Source of the DNA: a virus
DNA length: 64,000 bases
Reading direction: 5' to 3' (one strand)
IMG/VR virus record: IMGVR_UViG_3300020477_001611
Location: 1-64,000 of that record
Shown here: piece after piece, positions 26,056 through 35,254 of the stretch
Numbering within the stretch: position 1 is the first letter of the stretch
Layout: each line of letters begins with the position of its first letter
Notes under the pieces: model-generated
Databases searched by the model: none
Told to the model about the DNA's origin: nothing
Seen by the model: only the letters and a program-made list of their open reading frames with translations
Made by a program: the position numbers and the translations under genes

Positions 26056-26895
26056 TTAAGCGACATACATCTCGGTAATACCACTATTAACCATTAAAGC
26101 CTTGCCTAGGCGAAATGCCTCGCCCGATTCGAGAAATCTATTTATAATTAAAAATTCACGGATATCGCCAGCGAGAGGCAAATCGGCTCCGTTATTTCGG
26201 GCGCCCAGATTAGCGCCTGTGTTCCACAAGAAATCATTAGTGTTGTTTGCGGTCGTTTCCGACTCGACGGAGGCTGGCTCCGAATTTATGTATGGAACAA
26301 TTGCATCAGGGTTTTCTCCCCTGTCAAAACAAGAAATAAAAATATTATCTTTTACGGTGGCGGCTGTCACAGTACCCTCCGCGCCGCCCGGGCCTTCCGC
26401 AGACACTGCGTCTTCAGTAGTGTTATAAAATTGCGCTGCATACTGGCCTGCCCAATAAGCGGCCCCAACTTCAAAGATTACAGAGTTTTTGCCAGTTTGT
26501 GACGTATTGCCAACAGAGGCAATTGTACACACTTCTGTAGACGATCCATTAATCTGGTTAGCTGTCCAAGCCAAACAATCATGGACGGCATTGCTGGCGC
26601 TAGCAAACAATACCGATGGGCGATTATTAAAACCAGCAGCTTTAAAGGCCGGCTTCTTAGCTGCAGTTGATTGTGCTGGGGCGGTACCAAGTTTGGCACT
26701 CCACGATGCCAATGCATCGCCGTCAGACGCTGCTATATCATCAGCATCAAGCCAGACCGCTGTATCAGCGCCTGCTATTGATCGAATAACGCTATCTGCA
26801 CCTTTGCCACGATCTGCAACGTTTTGCCTTCCAGCAGCTGTAGAACTGAGTGATTTCGCTGTTCTTGCACCAAAGCCACCACGCTGAATCGGCAT
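26056..26895 (-). CDS. Putative virion protein with LamG/concanavalin-like domain
   Basis: VWLDADD...WS...P...NNRPSVLF...LGARN...LAGDIREFLIINRFL. Confidence 0.65.
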   Translation of the reverse strand: MPIQRGGFGARTAKSLSSTAAGRQNVADRGKGADSVIRSIAGADTAVWLDADDIAASDGDALASWSAKLGTAPAQSTAAKKPAFKAAGFNNRPSVLFASASNAVHDCLAWTANQINGSSTEVCTIASVGNTSQTGKNSVIFEVGAAYWAGQYAAQFYNTTEDAVSAEGPGGAEGTVTAATVKDNIFISCFDRGENPDAIVPYINSEPASVESETTANNTNDFLWNTGANLGARNNGADLPLAGDIREFLIINRFLESGEAFRLGKALMVNSGITEMYVA

Positions 26896-27401
26896 TAACC
26901 TACTCCGGAAGAGCCTGACCAGTTGCCTGACAAGTGGCTCGGATTAATTCCAGTGAGGCCGGCGATGATAGAGCCAGTACATCCAGCGGTGTTGGCGCCA
27001 CCAGCCGCGTCGCCGGAGGCAATCATAAAAACGCTTGTGACGCGCCACTCCCCAGTAAACGACTCCCCATTATTAAGAACAAAGTAGTTAGAATCGACAT
27101 CCGCGTTGGGGCCTATGGTGCCACTAAGGCTGAACCCTACCCGCATAGGAGAGTTGCTCCCAGTGTGAGTATTGGCCACGGTAAGCCATCTCGTAACGGC
27201 GGGAAATGTCACTTCAACGTGGGCATCTTGCGCGGTGGCGACTGGAATGTCAATGTCCGACCGCAAAAACGGAACGCCGCTCATTTGGTATTGGCCAACT
27301 TTACCCAAGCCGGCGCTGGGGTATAAATATCTATTGTTAGCGAATCTCTGGTTGGCTGTTACGGCATTGCCGGGTGCTTCGCTTGGTGGTGGGTGGCTCA
27401 T
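26895..27401 (-). CDS. Hypothetical virion protein (decoration-like)
   Basis: Beta-rich 168-aa protein in the head gene cluster. Confidence 0.5.
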   Translation of the reverse strand: MSHPPPSEAPGNAVTANQRFANNRYLYPSAGLGKVGQYQMSGVPFLRSDIDIPVATAQDAHVEVTFPAVTRWLTVANTHTGSNSPMRVGFSLSGTIGPNADVDSNYFVLNNGESFTGEWRVTSVFMIASGDAAGGANTAGCTGSIIAGLTGINPSHLSGNWSGSSGVG

Positions 27402-27604
27402 TTCTTACTCCTTTTAGGCTCTAATTTTAATTTTTCCAATGCTCTTTTGCGGGCCGCGGCCTTTCTTCTTTTAACAACAGATGGCTTTTCGTAATACATT
27501 CTTTTTTTGTATTCCTCTAATATTCCTGCGTTTTTAACTTTTCGTGAAAAGCGTTTTATTAATTGCTCCGTACTTTCGTTTCTTCTAAGATAAACAGTAC
27601 TCAT
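27398..27604 (-). CDS. rpsU: Phage-encoded ribosomal protein bS21
   Basis: V.LRRNESTEQLIKRFSRKVKNAGILEEYKKRMYYEKPSVVKRRK fits the bS21 signature (E..E..L.RF......GI......R.YYEKPS). Confidence 0.92.
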   Translation of the reverse strand: MSTVYLRRNESTEQLIKRFSRKVKNAGILEEYKKRMYYEKPSVVKRRKAAARKRALEKLKLEPKRSKK

Positions 27605-27610
27605 AACTAC

Positions 27611-27620
27611 TATAATTAGT
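27611..27620 (-). promoter_or_regulatory. Candidate late promoter (ACTAATTATA), 6 nt before the bS21 ATG
   Basis: Minus strand ACTAATTATA-GTAGTT-ATG; no SD sequence. Confidence 0.5.
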
Positions 27621-27621
27621 C

Positions 27622-28044
27622 TTAAATTAATTTAGACCAATTTTTCCCCCCTAAGTCTACAATCCCGGAAATATCTACGCCGGGGTCTTTTGGAGCAACC
27701 CCAGCTAAAGAACTCTGAGGCTTTGAAGGGTCCGTACTTGATACGGGCGTAGTTCCTTCAAAAACATTTATTCCATTATAGGCGTCTTTATTAACTGCGT
27801 CTAAAAGCATTTTGCGTGTCTCGTTAAGTTTTTCTCTAGCGGCTTTTTCAGCCTTATTGTTATCAACCCTGCGTGTTTTTGTCTTTTGAACTGGTTGTTT
27901 TTGCTCAATAATCGGGGTGTTGTGAGAAAGGCCTTTGGACACTTCCATAATTATATTCGACAACAACCCCTCGGTCAAAAGAACCTCATGCAAACACTCT
28001 TTGATAAGTGGCTTTAAAATTTTTTTTAAATCAGACTTCTTCAT
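27622..28044 (-). CDS. Hypothetical head-cluster protein
   Basis: MKKSDLKKILKPLIKECLHEVLLTE leader. Confidence 0.7.
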   Translation of the reverse strand: MKKSDLKKILKPLIKECLHEVLLTEGLLSNIIMEVSKGLSHNTPIIEQKQPVQKTKTRRVDNNKAEKAAREKLNETRKMLLDAVNKDAYNGINVFEGTTPVSSTDPSKPQSSLAGVAPKDPGVDISGIVDLGGKNWSKLI

Positions 28045-28657
28045 GGCTTTCCAATATTGAATTCATCAATCTATTAACACGATCGTTTTTATTAAAAACC
28101 GGCGTTGTTTCCTTGTGTTCTCTCAACTGGCTCATAAACGCACCCTTCGTAGATGGGTCTGCAACAACATCAAAACATATCAATTGAAAATCTTCTTGTA
28201 CGACGATGTCGCCGCCCTGAGTCTCGTTAACTGACCCTAGGCCGCGGGAAGATATGCCGCACTGTACTCCACTCTCTACTAGAGATTTAAGAATGTTGCC
28301 CATGGGAGTGGGGAGCACTTTAATAACTCCTTTAACCACGTTACCCTCCGTCCAATAGCGAGTTACCATGTGTGAAACATTTTTTAATTCGACAACAGAA
28401 CTGTCCGGGTGGTCCATCTCGCCGAGGGCGCGCTTTTCATCAATTAACTTTTGATAATTTTTCATTTCACGCAATAAAACGTTGGGGGGATATACGCGGC
28501 CGTTGCCGTTCTTCTCGCCGCCGTGTTGAAGAATGCCAGTTAAAAAAAGGCTTTTATTTTCCGCAACCTCTTTCTTTTCCCCTTCAGTAAGAAGATCTTC
28601 ACAATAGCCATTTTCACACAAGGCATAATATTCTCTTAAAAGATATTTCTTTTCCAT
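28031..28657 (-). CDS. Prohead protease (T4 gp21-like)
   Basis: NGNGRVYP, ALGEMDHP, VSH, GISSRGLGS, FDVVADPS. Start reassigned to ATG 28657. Confidence 0.95.
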   Translation of the reverse strand: MEKKYLLREYYALCENGYCEDLLTEGEKKEVAENKSLFLTGILQHGGEKNGNGRVYPPNVLLREMKNYQKLIDEKRALGEMDHPDSSVVELKNVSHMVTRYWTEGNVVKGVIKVLPTPMGNILKSLVESGVQCGISSRGLGSVNETQGGDIVVQEDFQLICFDVVADPSTKGAFMSQLREHKETTPVFNKNDRVNRLMNSILESHEEV

Positions 28658-28661
28658 TTTA

Positions 28662-29039
28662 TTATTCAACGCCTCCAGCCTCAACGTCAGTGTCCAACGC
28701 CTTGTTTCCTGTTTCTTTTGCCTGATTGATCATTTTTTGAAATTGATCGCTCAGCGTGGTTAACATTGTAGTTGCGTCTTCTTCAGAGGCGCCGGCATAT
28801 ACAAGGGCCCTGCTCATCGAGGTTAAAGCTTGCCCAACGAGGGCCTGTGACGCGTTTGTTCTAGCGGCTGCAGCCTGTTTAATCTCATCTTGTGCAGCAT
28901 CAATGGCTACTTGCGGGTCGGGGAGGTCGGCATCTTGTCCCGCAGTTGGAGCATAATTCTGAGTGCCCCCGGCGCCAAGCTGCTCATCCAATATGCACTC
29001 AAGAACAAGTTGCTTAAGTTGTTTTAATGTCACTTTCAT
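28662..29039 (-). CDS. Hypothetical protein, candidate internal head protein
   Basis: MKVTLKQLKQLVLECILDE leader. Confidence 0.65.
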   Translation of the reverse strand: MKVTLKQLKQLVLECILDEQLGAGGTQNYAPTAGQDADLPDPQVAIDAAQDEIKQAAAARTNASQALVGQALTSMSRALVYAGASEEDATTMLTTLSDQFQKMINQAKETGNKALDTDVEAGGVE

Positions 29040-29054
29040 AAGATATGTACCCCG

Positions 29055-29132
29055 TCACTTACCCTTACAACAATTTGTTGGTGGGCGTAACATCCAATGA
29101 TTGTCAGTATAAATATTAATTCCGTTTGACAT
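29055..29132 (-). CDS. Putative 25-aa peptide MSNGINIYTDNHWMLRPPTNCCKGK
   Basis: Hand-found ORF with GAAGGA upstream; overlaps the end of the membrane gene and fills the gap. Confidence 0.45.
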   Translation of the reverse strand: MSNGINIYTDNHWMLRPPTNCCKGK

Positions 29133-29412
29133 TGATTCCTTCATCTCCGAATATCATACTCAGGGCATAAGAAGTCCCCGAGCTAAGCCCACCCAACAAA
29201 ATAGGATTTGCCCAATTTAACTCAAAAGTAAATAGTTCTGTATAGAAAGAAATTCCATAGAGCAAAACGCCGACCCAAAAGCCGAGACACATGGGGCAAT
29301 GAAACAACTCTCCGAGAAATCCTTTAGCTGGTCTTATTTTTTCTAAAATCGACCCATAAACCAAAATCTGTGTCAAACCATATGACACTAAAATAAAATA
29401 TATTAATTCCAC
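29116..29412 (-). CDS. Small membrane protein with CPxC motif (DUF1360-like)
   Basis: Three hydrophobic segments; ELFHCPMCLGFWVG. Confidence 0.7.
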   Translation of the reverse strand: MELIYFILVSYGLTQILVYGSILEKIRPAKGFLGELFHCPMCLGFWVGVLLYGISFYTELFTFELNWANPILLGGLSSGTSYALSMIFGDEGINVKRN

Positions 29413-29413
29413 T

Positions 29414-29992
29414 TTATATCCTGTATAACAAGCCGTAATATTGTGTGTAGAAGGGATCTAAAGTTCCCTTTTGTGCCTTTTGAGGAACTTCGCCGTACTC
29501 TGTGCTATCTTCGGCCGAAGGGTCGGTGTAGTCTGCAGTAACTTCATGCTCGTAATCAAGAACCCTCATGGCCTTTGGCACCTCCTCTTTCAGCCACATA
29601 TAGATGGTGAGCAGCAGGGCCTGTATTGAATCAACTTTATCATTAATGGGATAAACAGCTTCCAAGCTTCCCAGTAAATTTCCTGCCTGAATTGTATCGG
29701 ACAAAATAACTCCCTTGGTCTGTAAAAAGTTGAAAAAATGATCTTGATACGGATAAGGATCTATTTTAGCATTTTTCTTAGAAAAAGTAACAATCTTATT
29801 TTTCTTTGGCATTAAAACTATATCAAACAAAGGGTGATCATAGATCATATAATCATCGTTTAAAGTTCGGCGTATATCAAGGCGTATCTCCTCCGATGGC
29901 CTCTCCTCCACCCTCACTATTACCTGCTCTGGCGCTGGTTCTGCAATTTTAATTTTTAATTCGTCTATCTTACGCATCAGATTTAGTCTCAT
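29414..29992 (-). CDS. Hypothetical protein
   Basis: ORF within the head operon; true start uncertain. Confidence 0.65.
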   Translation of the reverse strand: MRLNLMRKIDELKIKIAEPAPEQVIVRVEERPSEEIRLDIRRTLNDDYMIYDHPLFDIVLMPKKNKIVTFSKKNAKIDPYPYQDHFFNFLQTKGVILSDTIQAGNLLGSLEAVYPINDKVDSIQALLLTIYMWLKEEVPKAMRVLDYEHEVTADYTDPSAEDSTEYGEVPQKAQKGTLDPFYTQYYGLLYRI

Positions 29993-30785
29993 ATACCAAT
30001 TCTTGTATTTTTAATATTTGTGTTAACATTTCTTCATTAATAAGTTGGCCACTAAAAGAATTCACGACTTCCAAAATCTTTTGAGACTTGTTCACCAAAT
30101 CTTCATCCGAACTTAAACTGTCGTTTCTTTCTATTAAGGTAATCTCTTTCTTTAGACGCCCTATTTCTTCGTTTAAATAAGCTTTTAGTTCTAGCCCGTT
30201 ATCTTGAAAAGAGGAGATATATTTGCTTAAAAGTTCACGCTGTTCTTCTTTAAGAGACCCATATGTTTTATTAAATTTTTCTGTAAAAACTTTTAAAGTG
30301 GCACTAGAAACTTTTAAATCCTTTGGGCGCCGGTCTGGGGCAGCGGTCATATATTTTACAACCTTGCGTTCTAAAAGTACCTTGTCCTTCAATTTTGTCT
30401 CAGTTGAAAATATCTGTGATAATGTCGCCAAGTGTCGATAATTTGGGACGAAATTAGAAAAAACTTGGGGGGACACATGTTTGTTTATCACTTGAATCAA
30501 CTGTGATTGAAGGCCGTAGGCCTTTTTGTGGTTTATTTTCTCGTAACGCAGTTTAACAGCCTCTAAAAGGCGGTGCGCCTCACTCTCTTTCAGTTCCCTA
30601 ATGTTGAGAACCTCACTATAAAGATCCAACTCCTGTCTAAGAGTTGTGCCCTTTCCAAAAAATTCCTTTAAGGCCTTCAAAATTAAAGACTTCTTATAAG
30701 ATTCATTATGTACTGTGGCCCTTGTCAACTCTTTTATAAGAGCCTCGTATAGAAAAGCCGTATTGCGTCGTTTATTGTGCCTCAT
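29970..30785 (-). CDS. Hypothetical protein downstream of portal
   Basis: Start reassigned to MRHNKRRNTAFLYEAL (ATG 30785); helical. Confidence 0.7.
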   Translation of the reverse strand: MRHNKRRNTAFLYEALIKELTRATVHNESYKKSLILKALKEFFGKGTTLRQELDLYSEVLNIRELKESEAHRLLEAVKLRYEKINHKKAYGLQSQLIQVINKHVSPQVFSNFVPNYRHLATLSQIFSTETKLKDKVLLERKVVKYMTAAPDRRPKDLKVSSATLKVFTEKFNKTYGSLKEEQRELLSKYISSFQDNGLELKAYLNEEIGRLKKEITLIERNDSLSSDEDLVNKSQKILEVVNSFSGQLINEEMLTQILKIQELVYETKSDA

Positions 30786-32757
30786 GTTTTTCTTCCCTTT
30801 TTTCCAAACCATTTATCAAATTTTTAATTTCATGATTCAAGCTTAATAGATTCTTCTCCATCTCTTCACTATAATTAGATTTGTTTTCATTAACAATGCC
30901 ATTATATAAACTAGAACCAAATTTTGCGCGTTTGCCACCTTGAGGCAAATCTTTAAAATGTTTCTTTCGTGGGGCGCTGGTCGTGCGTTTATCCACCTTC
31001 ACAGGCTCATACCACTTGCCTTTAGATTTTGGAGTAGAGGTTTTTTCCTTCCCTGTTAAAATATTTTGTTTAACCCACTTTAACTCATCAATTTCTCCGT
31101 CTATATCGCGCTTTCCAACGGGACCTTCCGGAGTGGCCAGAAGAATGTCTTCGGGAGCCTCTTCTGCTGGCGCGTCGGGCGGCGCAACTTCAATCTCGGG
31201 AGCGGCCTCGGCAGCGGCTTCTTCGCCTTCGTCACCCCCAAGAGCACCTTCAAGACCACCCTCAAGGCCTGTCATTGCTGCAGCACCAGCTTCGGCGCCG
31301 GCTACCTCTGCAATCGCAGCCATCGATGCATCCACTTTCTTATCATAAAAGCGCTCTCGTTGATTTCTCACAAATTCGTCTTGAGAAATATCCAACACGT
31401 TTTGAGAAATCCACCTCTTACTATACCAATTTGCCATAGCCTTGTCTGCGATATCCAACTTGCTATTGAGCGTTTCTATCTCTTGCATCGTTGCAATTCT
31501 TGACGGATTGTGCAATTTTATTGAAAAGCCCAACAGGTCGCTGCCCCTATACCCTATTGTATATAGATGAACAATTGCCACCTTCTCAAGCTCTGAAATA
31601 ACCGATCTCTGTATTCTTTGAATAGTTCTGGCAAAACGAATATCTTTTTGAGAGAGGGCGGTGTCGGCCTCTCCAGTCCCTTCGGCCCGGGACAAATAGG
31701 CAGCAGGAATCTTAATAGCGGCGAACATCTTATCCCTTAAATATTTAACATCATCGATATCGTTTTTCCAAGAATTTCCGGGTAAATTAACTATTTCTGT
31801 AGCCGCAGTACCATTTCTCACGGGAATAAAGAAGTCCTCTTCAATAGACATGGGATTATAGCGCAAATCAGCTTGGCCGCTTGTAGAGTCAACCACCTGA
31901 TGACGCTTCATCTGAGTCATGATTTTTTGCATATACTGCTCTACATCTTCAGGGGGAATTCCACCAACATCAATTTTAAACACTCTTCTGTCTGGGGCCC
32001 TTACAATTCTATAAGCAATCATCGCATCTTCTAAAAGTATTAACTGACGCCAGACGCGGCGGGCTGGGTCTAAGATGCTTGTGCCATATGGGGCATATTT
32101 ATCATTGCCCAAAATGCGGAAGTGGGCCACTTGCCAATTCTCAAAAGTGAGGCCTCCCGTATTCCACTGATATTGCACATAACTGGGGTTGGAAGGGTCT
32201 TGACCCTCCATCCTCTCTATTTCAATACTTGGCAGCCCGATTAAGGATTGAACCCCCAAAGTATCATCAATATCCATGTAGGCAAAAAGATCACCGTATT
32301 TCACCATTGAGCGAACCCACCCAAAAAGGTTAAAATTAACGTTTAAGACCTTATAAAAAAGCGTCTCAAGAATGCCACGAATTTCTTCATTCGGGCATTC
32401 AATAATCACAGAGTCCTTAAAATGACTATTGGCGGTAATCTCGTCTGCATAAATATCCAATGCTGAAGCCAACTCTGGCATAAACTCCATTTGATCAAAG
32501 TCAGAATATCGCGTTGACCTATCAAGGTTGTTCATCATCGCCGTGGAAATAGTTTCGTAGGGGTTATATGATTTCCTCTTAAACTGCTGCCCTGAAACGG
32601 ATTTAAATTTAGGGGCATAAATATCAGCGCGGAATTTACGATTATTCCTCGTTTGTTGAGCTTGATAATTTACAATTGGGCCCGAAAAGAGCTTTGTAAG
32701 CCTCTGAAAAAGCGGACTTTGTGGATTTCTTGGATTATTTCTTTTTTTATTTGCCAT
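30772..32757 (-). CDS. Portal protein (T4 gp20-like)
   Basis: PELASALDIYADE, LLEDAMIAYRIVRAPDRRVFKIDVG, EEDFFIP, DDVKYL, DIRFARTIQRIQ. Confidence 0.96.
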   Translation of the reverse strand: MANKKRNNPRNPQSPLFQRLTKLFSGPIVNYQAQQTRNNRKFRADIYAPKFKSVSGQQFKRKSYNPYETISTAMMNNLDRSTRYSDFDQMEFMPELASALDIYADEITANSHFKDSVIIECPNEEIRGILETLFYKVLNVNFNLFGWVRSMVKYGDLFAYMDIDDTLGVQSLIGLPSIEIERMEGQDPSNPSYVQYQWNTGGLTFENWQVAHFRILGNDKYAPYGTSILDPARRVWRQLILLEDAMIAYRIVRAPDRRVFKIDVGGIPPEDVEQYMQKIMTQMKRHQVVDSTSGQADLRYNPMSIEEDFFIPVRNGTAATEIVNLPGNSWKNDIDDVKYLRDKMFAAIKIPAAYLSRAEGTGEADTALSQKDIRFARTIQRIQRSVISELEKVAIVHLYTIGYRGSDLLGFSIKLHNPSRIATMQEIETLNSKLDIADKAMANWYSKRWISQNVLDISQDEFVRNQRERFYDKKVDASMAAIAEVAGAEAGAAAMTGLEGGLEGALGGDEGEEAAAEAAPEIEVAPPDAPAEEAPEDILLATPEGPVGKRDIDGEIDELKWVKQNILTGKEKTSTPKSKGKWYEPVKVDKRTTSAPRKKHFKDLPQGGKRAKFGSSLYNGIVNENKSNYSEEMEKNLLSLNHEIKNLINGLEKREEKHEAQ

Positions 32758-32761
32758 GTTT

Positions 32762-34354
32762 TTACCTTAAGAAGAATGGTAAGTCAGTAATTTTTACCAC
32801 GCTACGATTCTTGTCTCTATAAATATGTCTATTTCCTCTATTCACACCTTGCTGGCCGACAATTCTAGTGTCTAACGACTTGTTGCTCGTCATTATGGAA
32901 TTCAGCATAACTTTCTTATATGCTGCATCCTGCTCATTAACCACAAGTGCTGTCTCTCTTACCCAGCACCCAATGGCCGCGGCCAACACCAAATCATCGT
33001 TATAGCTCCTCATTGCCTCTGCTTTTCCATTGTTCCAAATAAAGGTCTTTAACTCATTGAAAAGCCTTTTGGATCTAATTTTAATAGCTTTGTTGCGGAT
33101 CATCTCCTCTAATTTTGCGATAATAAGAGGGCGCGTCTTTACTGTGGTGGAAAAACCAGCAGTAATTGCAGTTGATTGTTCTGCTAAGTGTTGATCAACA
33201 TACTGGTGTGTAGATTTTTTAGAATGATAGATGTTGCGATGACCCATTTCTTTTAATTTGTTTAAAACGGCTATTCCTATGGAGTTGTTCTCCACCACCG
33301 TCAAACACCCCCCATATTGGCTGGAAGTGTCATAGATCATTTGTGCAAACATATCAAGGGGCAACTTCCCTTGGTACTCCACACAAATTCTCATATCAAC
33401 GGAATCAAAAACATACATAGTCGAGCGGTCGCGACCGTCGCCCCTAGCAACGTCAGCGGACAAGAAATATTTCTTTCCATCTTCATACTGGTCCCAAATC
33501 CATAAATTTCGATCAAAGCCCGTTTTATATTTTGGCTCTTCTAGTTCTTTCTCACGAATTCTAGTTAAGTCATCGCCATGAATTAAAGTGTCGCCCGACA
33601 TATTAAAATTGCACTCCAATTCCTGTGCGATTTCTCTTCGGGACATGTTTTTTGTCTCTTTTTCAAACCACTCTTGATCTCGATCGGGATGAAGTTGCCA
33701 TGGAAGTTTCACTGCGTTGAAATCATTTAACCCTTGTTCTGCCTCAGAGTATAGCTTATGGAAGAGATTTCCTACGCCCTTCGGAGTTGAAACAATAATA
33801 CAATTACCGCCAGTTGATAAGGTGGGGTACAAGCCGGCCCACAACTCATCCATCCCCTCGATAATGGCCGCCTCATCAATTACCAACAAGGATAGTGCTT
33901 CAGAGCGGCCGGCGTCGCCAGATGTAGAGATTGCTTTTACCTGAGAACCATTGTCCAACTCAAAAGAATTTTTATTGTCCACTGTAATCTGAGATATCAT
34001 CATCCATTCAGGGGCATGTTTTAACGCAAATTTAACCTTCTTTACTAAATTGGCCGCAGTGCTCAGTTTTGTTGCCATCACAACAACATTCTTATTTCGA
34101 TGAAATAAAATAAGCCAAGCCACATAAGCAGCACTAGTAGTGGAAATACCCAATTGGCGTGCCTTTAAAACAATATTAAAACGATAATTCTGAAAATCAT
34201 CTACTAATGTTTCTTGAAAATCATATAAATTAAAAGGTAGCACATCCTTCATTGGATGGGATACTTTAACATAGTTATTAATAAAATACGCAGGATTTCG
34301 GCCGCATTGAAGGATCTCTTTCTTTATCTGGCTTTTGGTTAAGCGATAACTCAT
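32762..34354 (-). CDS. terL: Terminase large subunit (gp17-like)
   Basis: LYDFQ, KARQLGIST, LVIDEAA, STPKG, ADVARG, VENN, DDLV. Confidence 0.96.
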   Translation of the reverse strand: MSYRLTKSQIKKEILQCGRNPAYFINNYVKVSHPMKDVLPFNLYDFQETLVDDFQNYRFNIVLKARQLGISTTSAAYVAWLILFHRNKNVVVMATKLSTAANLVKKVKFALKHAPEWMMISQITVDNKNSFELDNGSQVKAISTSGDAGRSEALSLLVIDEAAIIEGMDELWAGLYPTLSTGGNCIIVSTPKGVGNLFHKLYSEAEQGLNDFNAVKLPWQLHPDRDQEWFEKETKNMSRREIAQELECNFNMSGDTLIHGDDLTRIREKELEEPKYKTGFDRNLWIWDQYEDGKKYFLSADVARGDGRDRSTMYVFDSVDMRICVEYQGKLPLDMFAQMIYDTSSQYGGCLTVVENNSIGIAVLNKLKEMGHRNIYHSKKSTHQYVDQHLAEQSTAITAGFSTTVKTRPLIIAKLEEMIRNKAIKIRSKRLFNELKTFIWNNGKAEAMRSYNDDLVLAAAIGCWVRETALVVNEQDAAYKKVMLNSIMTSNKSLDTRIVGQQGVNRGNRHIYRDKNRSVVKITDLPFFLR

Positions 34355-34362
34355 TCCTCTCT

Positions 34363-34875
34363 TTACTCATAATTCCTAGTCGCCTTCATAAAATCAACAA
34401 TTTTATCAAAAGGTTCCTTCTCTGGCTCAGAAACATCTTTCGAAATATTTTGAATAGTGTAGACCTTTGTTGCTTGAATCCAACTTCGTTTTCTATTCAT
34501 ATATTGAAGCAGAATGTCTGCCTCTCCCTCATCCTTAAGCTTTAAAGTTTTCCCTGTTATCTTCTTAAACTTCTTTTTAAGGTGTTTCTGGATATTGTCG
34601 ATCGTCTCCTCGACCTCTCCCTCATATTTTGCTGGGCCTTTTCGATGAACGTGGTGCATAGGAGCTTCGGCCTGATAGTTAATATAGAGTTTATCGCCAT
34701 TAATCTTTACTTTAAACCCGTCCATCTGGTTTTCTCTGGAAACGTAGACAGAATTATCCACCTCTCGCTTTAGGCCAATCGTAATCGGCTCGCCCTTTTC
34801 ATCGTAAGCACCATCGTATGAATCCGCTGCGGCTTGGGAAATCCCCCTCACAACTTCTAAAACATCATTTGCCAT
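34363..34875 (-). CDS. Hypothetical protein
   Basis: 170-aa ORF immediately upstream of terL. Confidence 0.65.
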   Translation of the reverse strand: MANDVLEVVRGISQAAADSYDGAYDEKGEPITIGLKREVDNSVYVSRENQMDGFKVKINGDKLYINYQAEAPMHHVHRKGPAKYEGEVEETIDNIQKHLKKKFKKITGKTLKLKDEGEADILLQYMNRKRSWIQATKVYTIQNISKDVSEPEKEPFDKIVDFMKATRNYE

Positions 34876-35254
34876 CTATACTTGGCCTCCATCCACTTTT
34901 CCATCGTTCTTCTCGGCCGTCTACATGTGTAATGTAGCACCTAAAACAACAACCGTATTTTGTCATATACAACTGGTCCTTCAACCTTGTATATATTTGA
35001 CACACACAACATGTCCGTTCCATGCTCTTCATAAATAGTTTTTTATTAATTAAAAGACCATTTGATTCTTCGGGCGTCTCGTGTCGCGTCTTTTTTAGTT
35101 CACTCTCTCGTAACTCAGCTAGCTGCTCTAAATATTCCTTTTCCTTTTCGGGCGACCAAAACTCAGCAGGGTTTTTGATTGCCAATTCCCCATATCGTTC
35201 TTTTATCGCCTTTTCTAATTTTACCGCATATTGTGGATCTTTTTCAGGTTTCAT
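34865..35254 (-). CDS. Hypothetical protein with putative Zn finger
   Basis: Start reassigned to MKPEKDPQ (ATGA overlap with the upstream stop); CCVC...CCFRC. Confidence 0.65.
   Translation of the reverse strand: MKPEKDPQYAVKLEKAIKERYGELAIKNPAEFWSPEKEKEYLEQLAELRESELKKTRHETPEESNGLLINKKLFMKSMERTCCVCQIYTRLKDQLYMTKYGCCFRCYITHVDGREERWKSGWRPSIDGK

Noticed and set aside
1307-34354. Inteins or introns in helicase, UvsX, portal or terminase
   Set aside because: Lengths and motif spacing are normal; no intein junction or homing endonuclease motifs were noticed.
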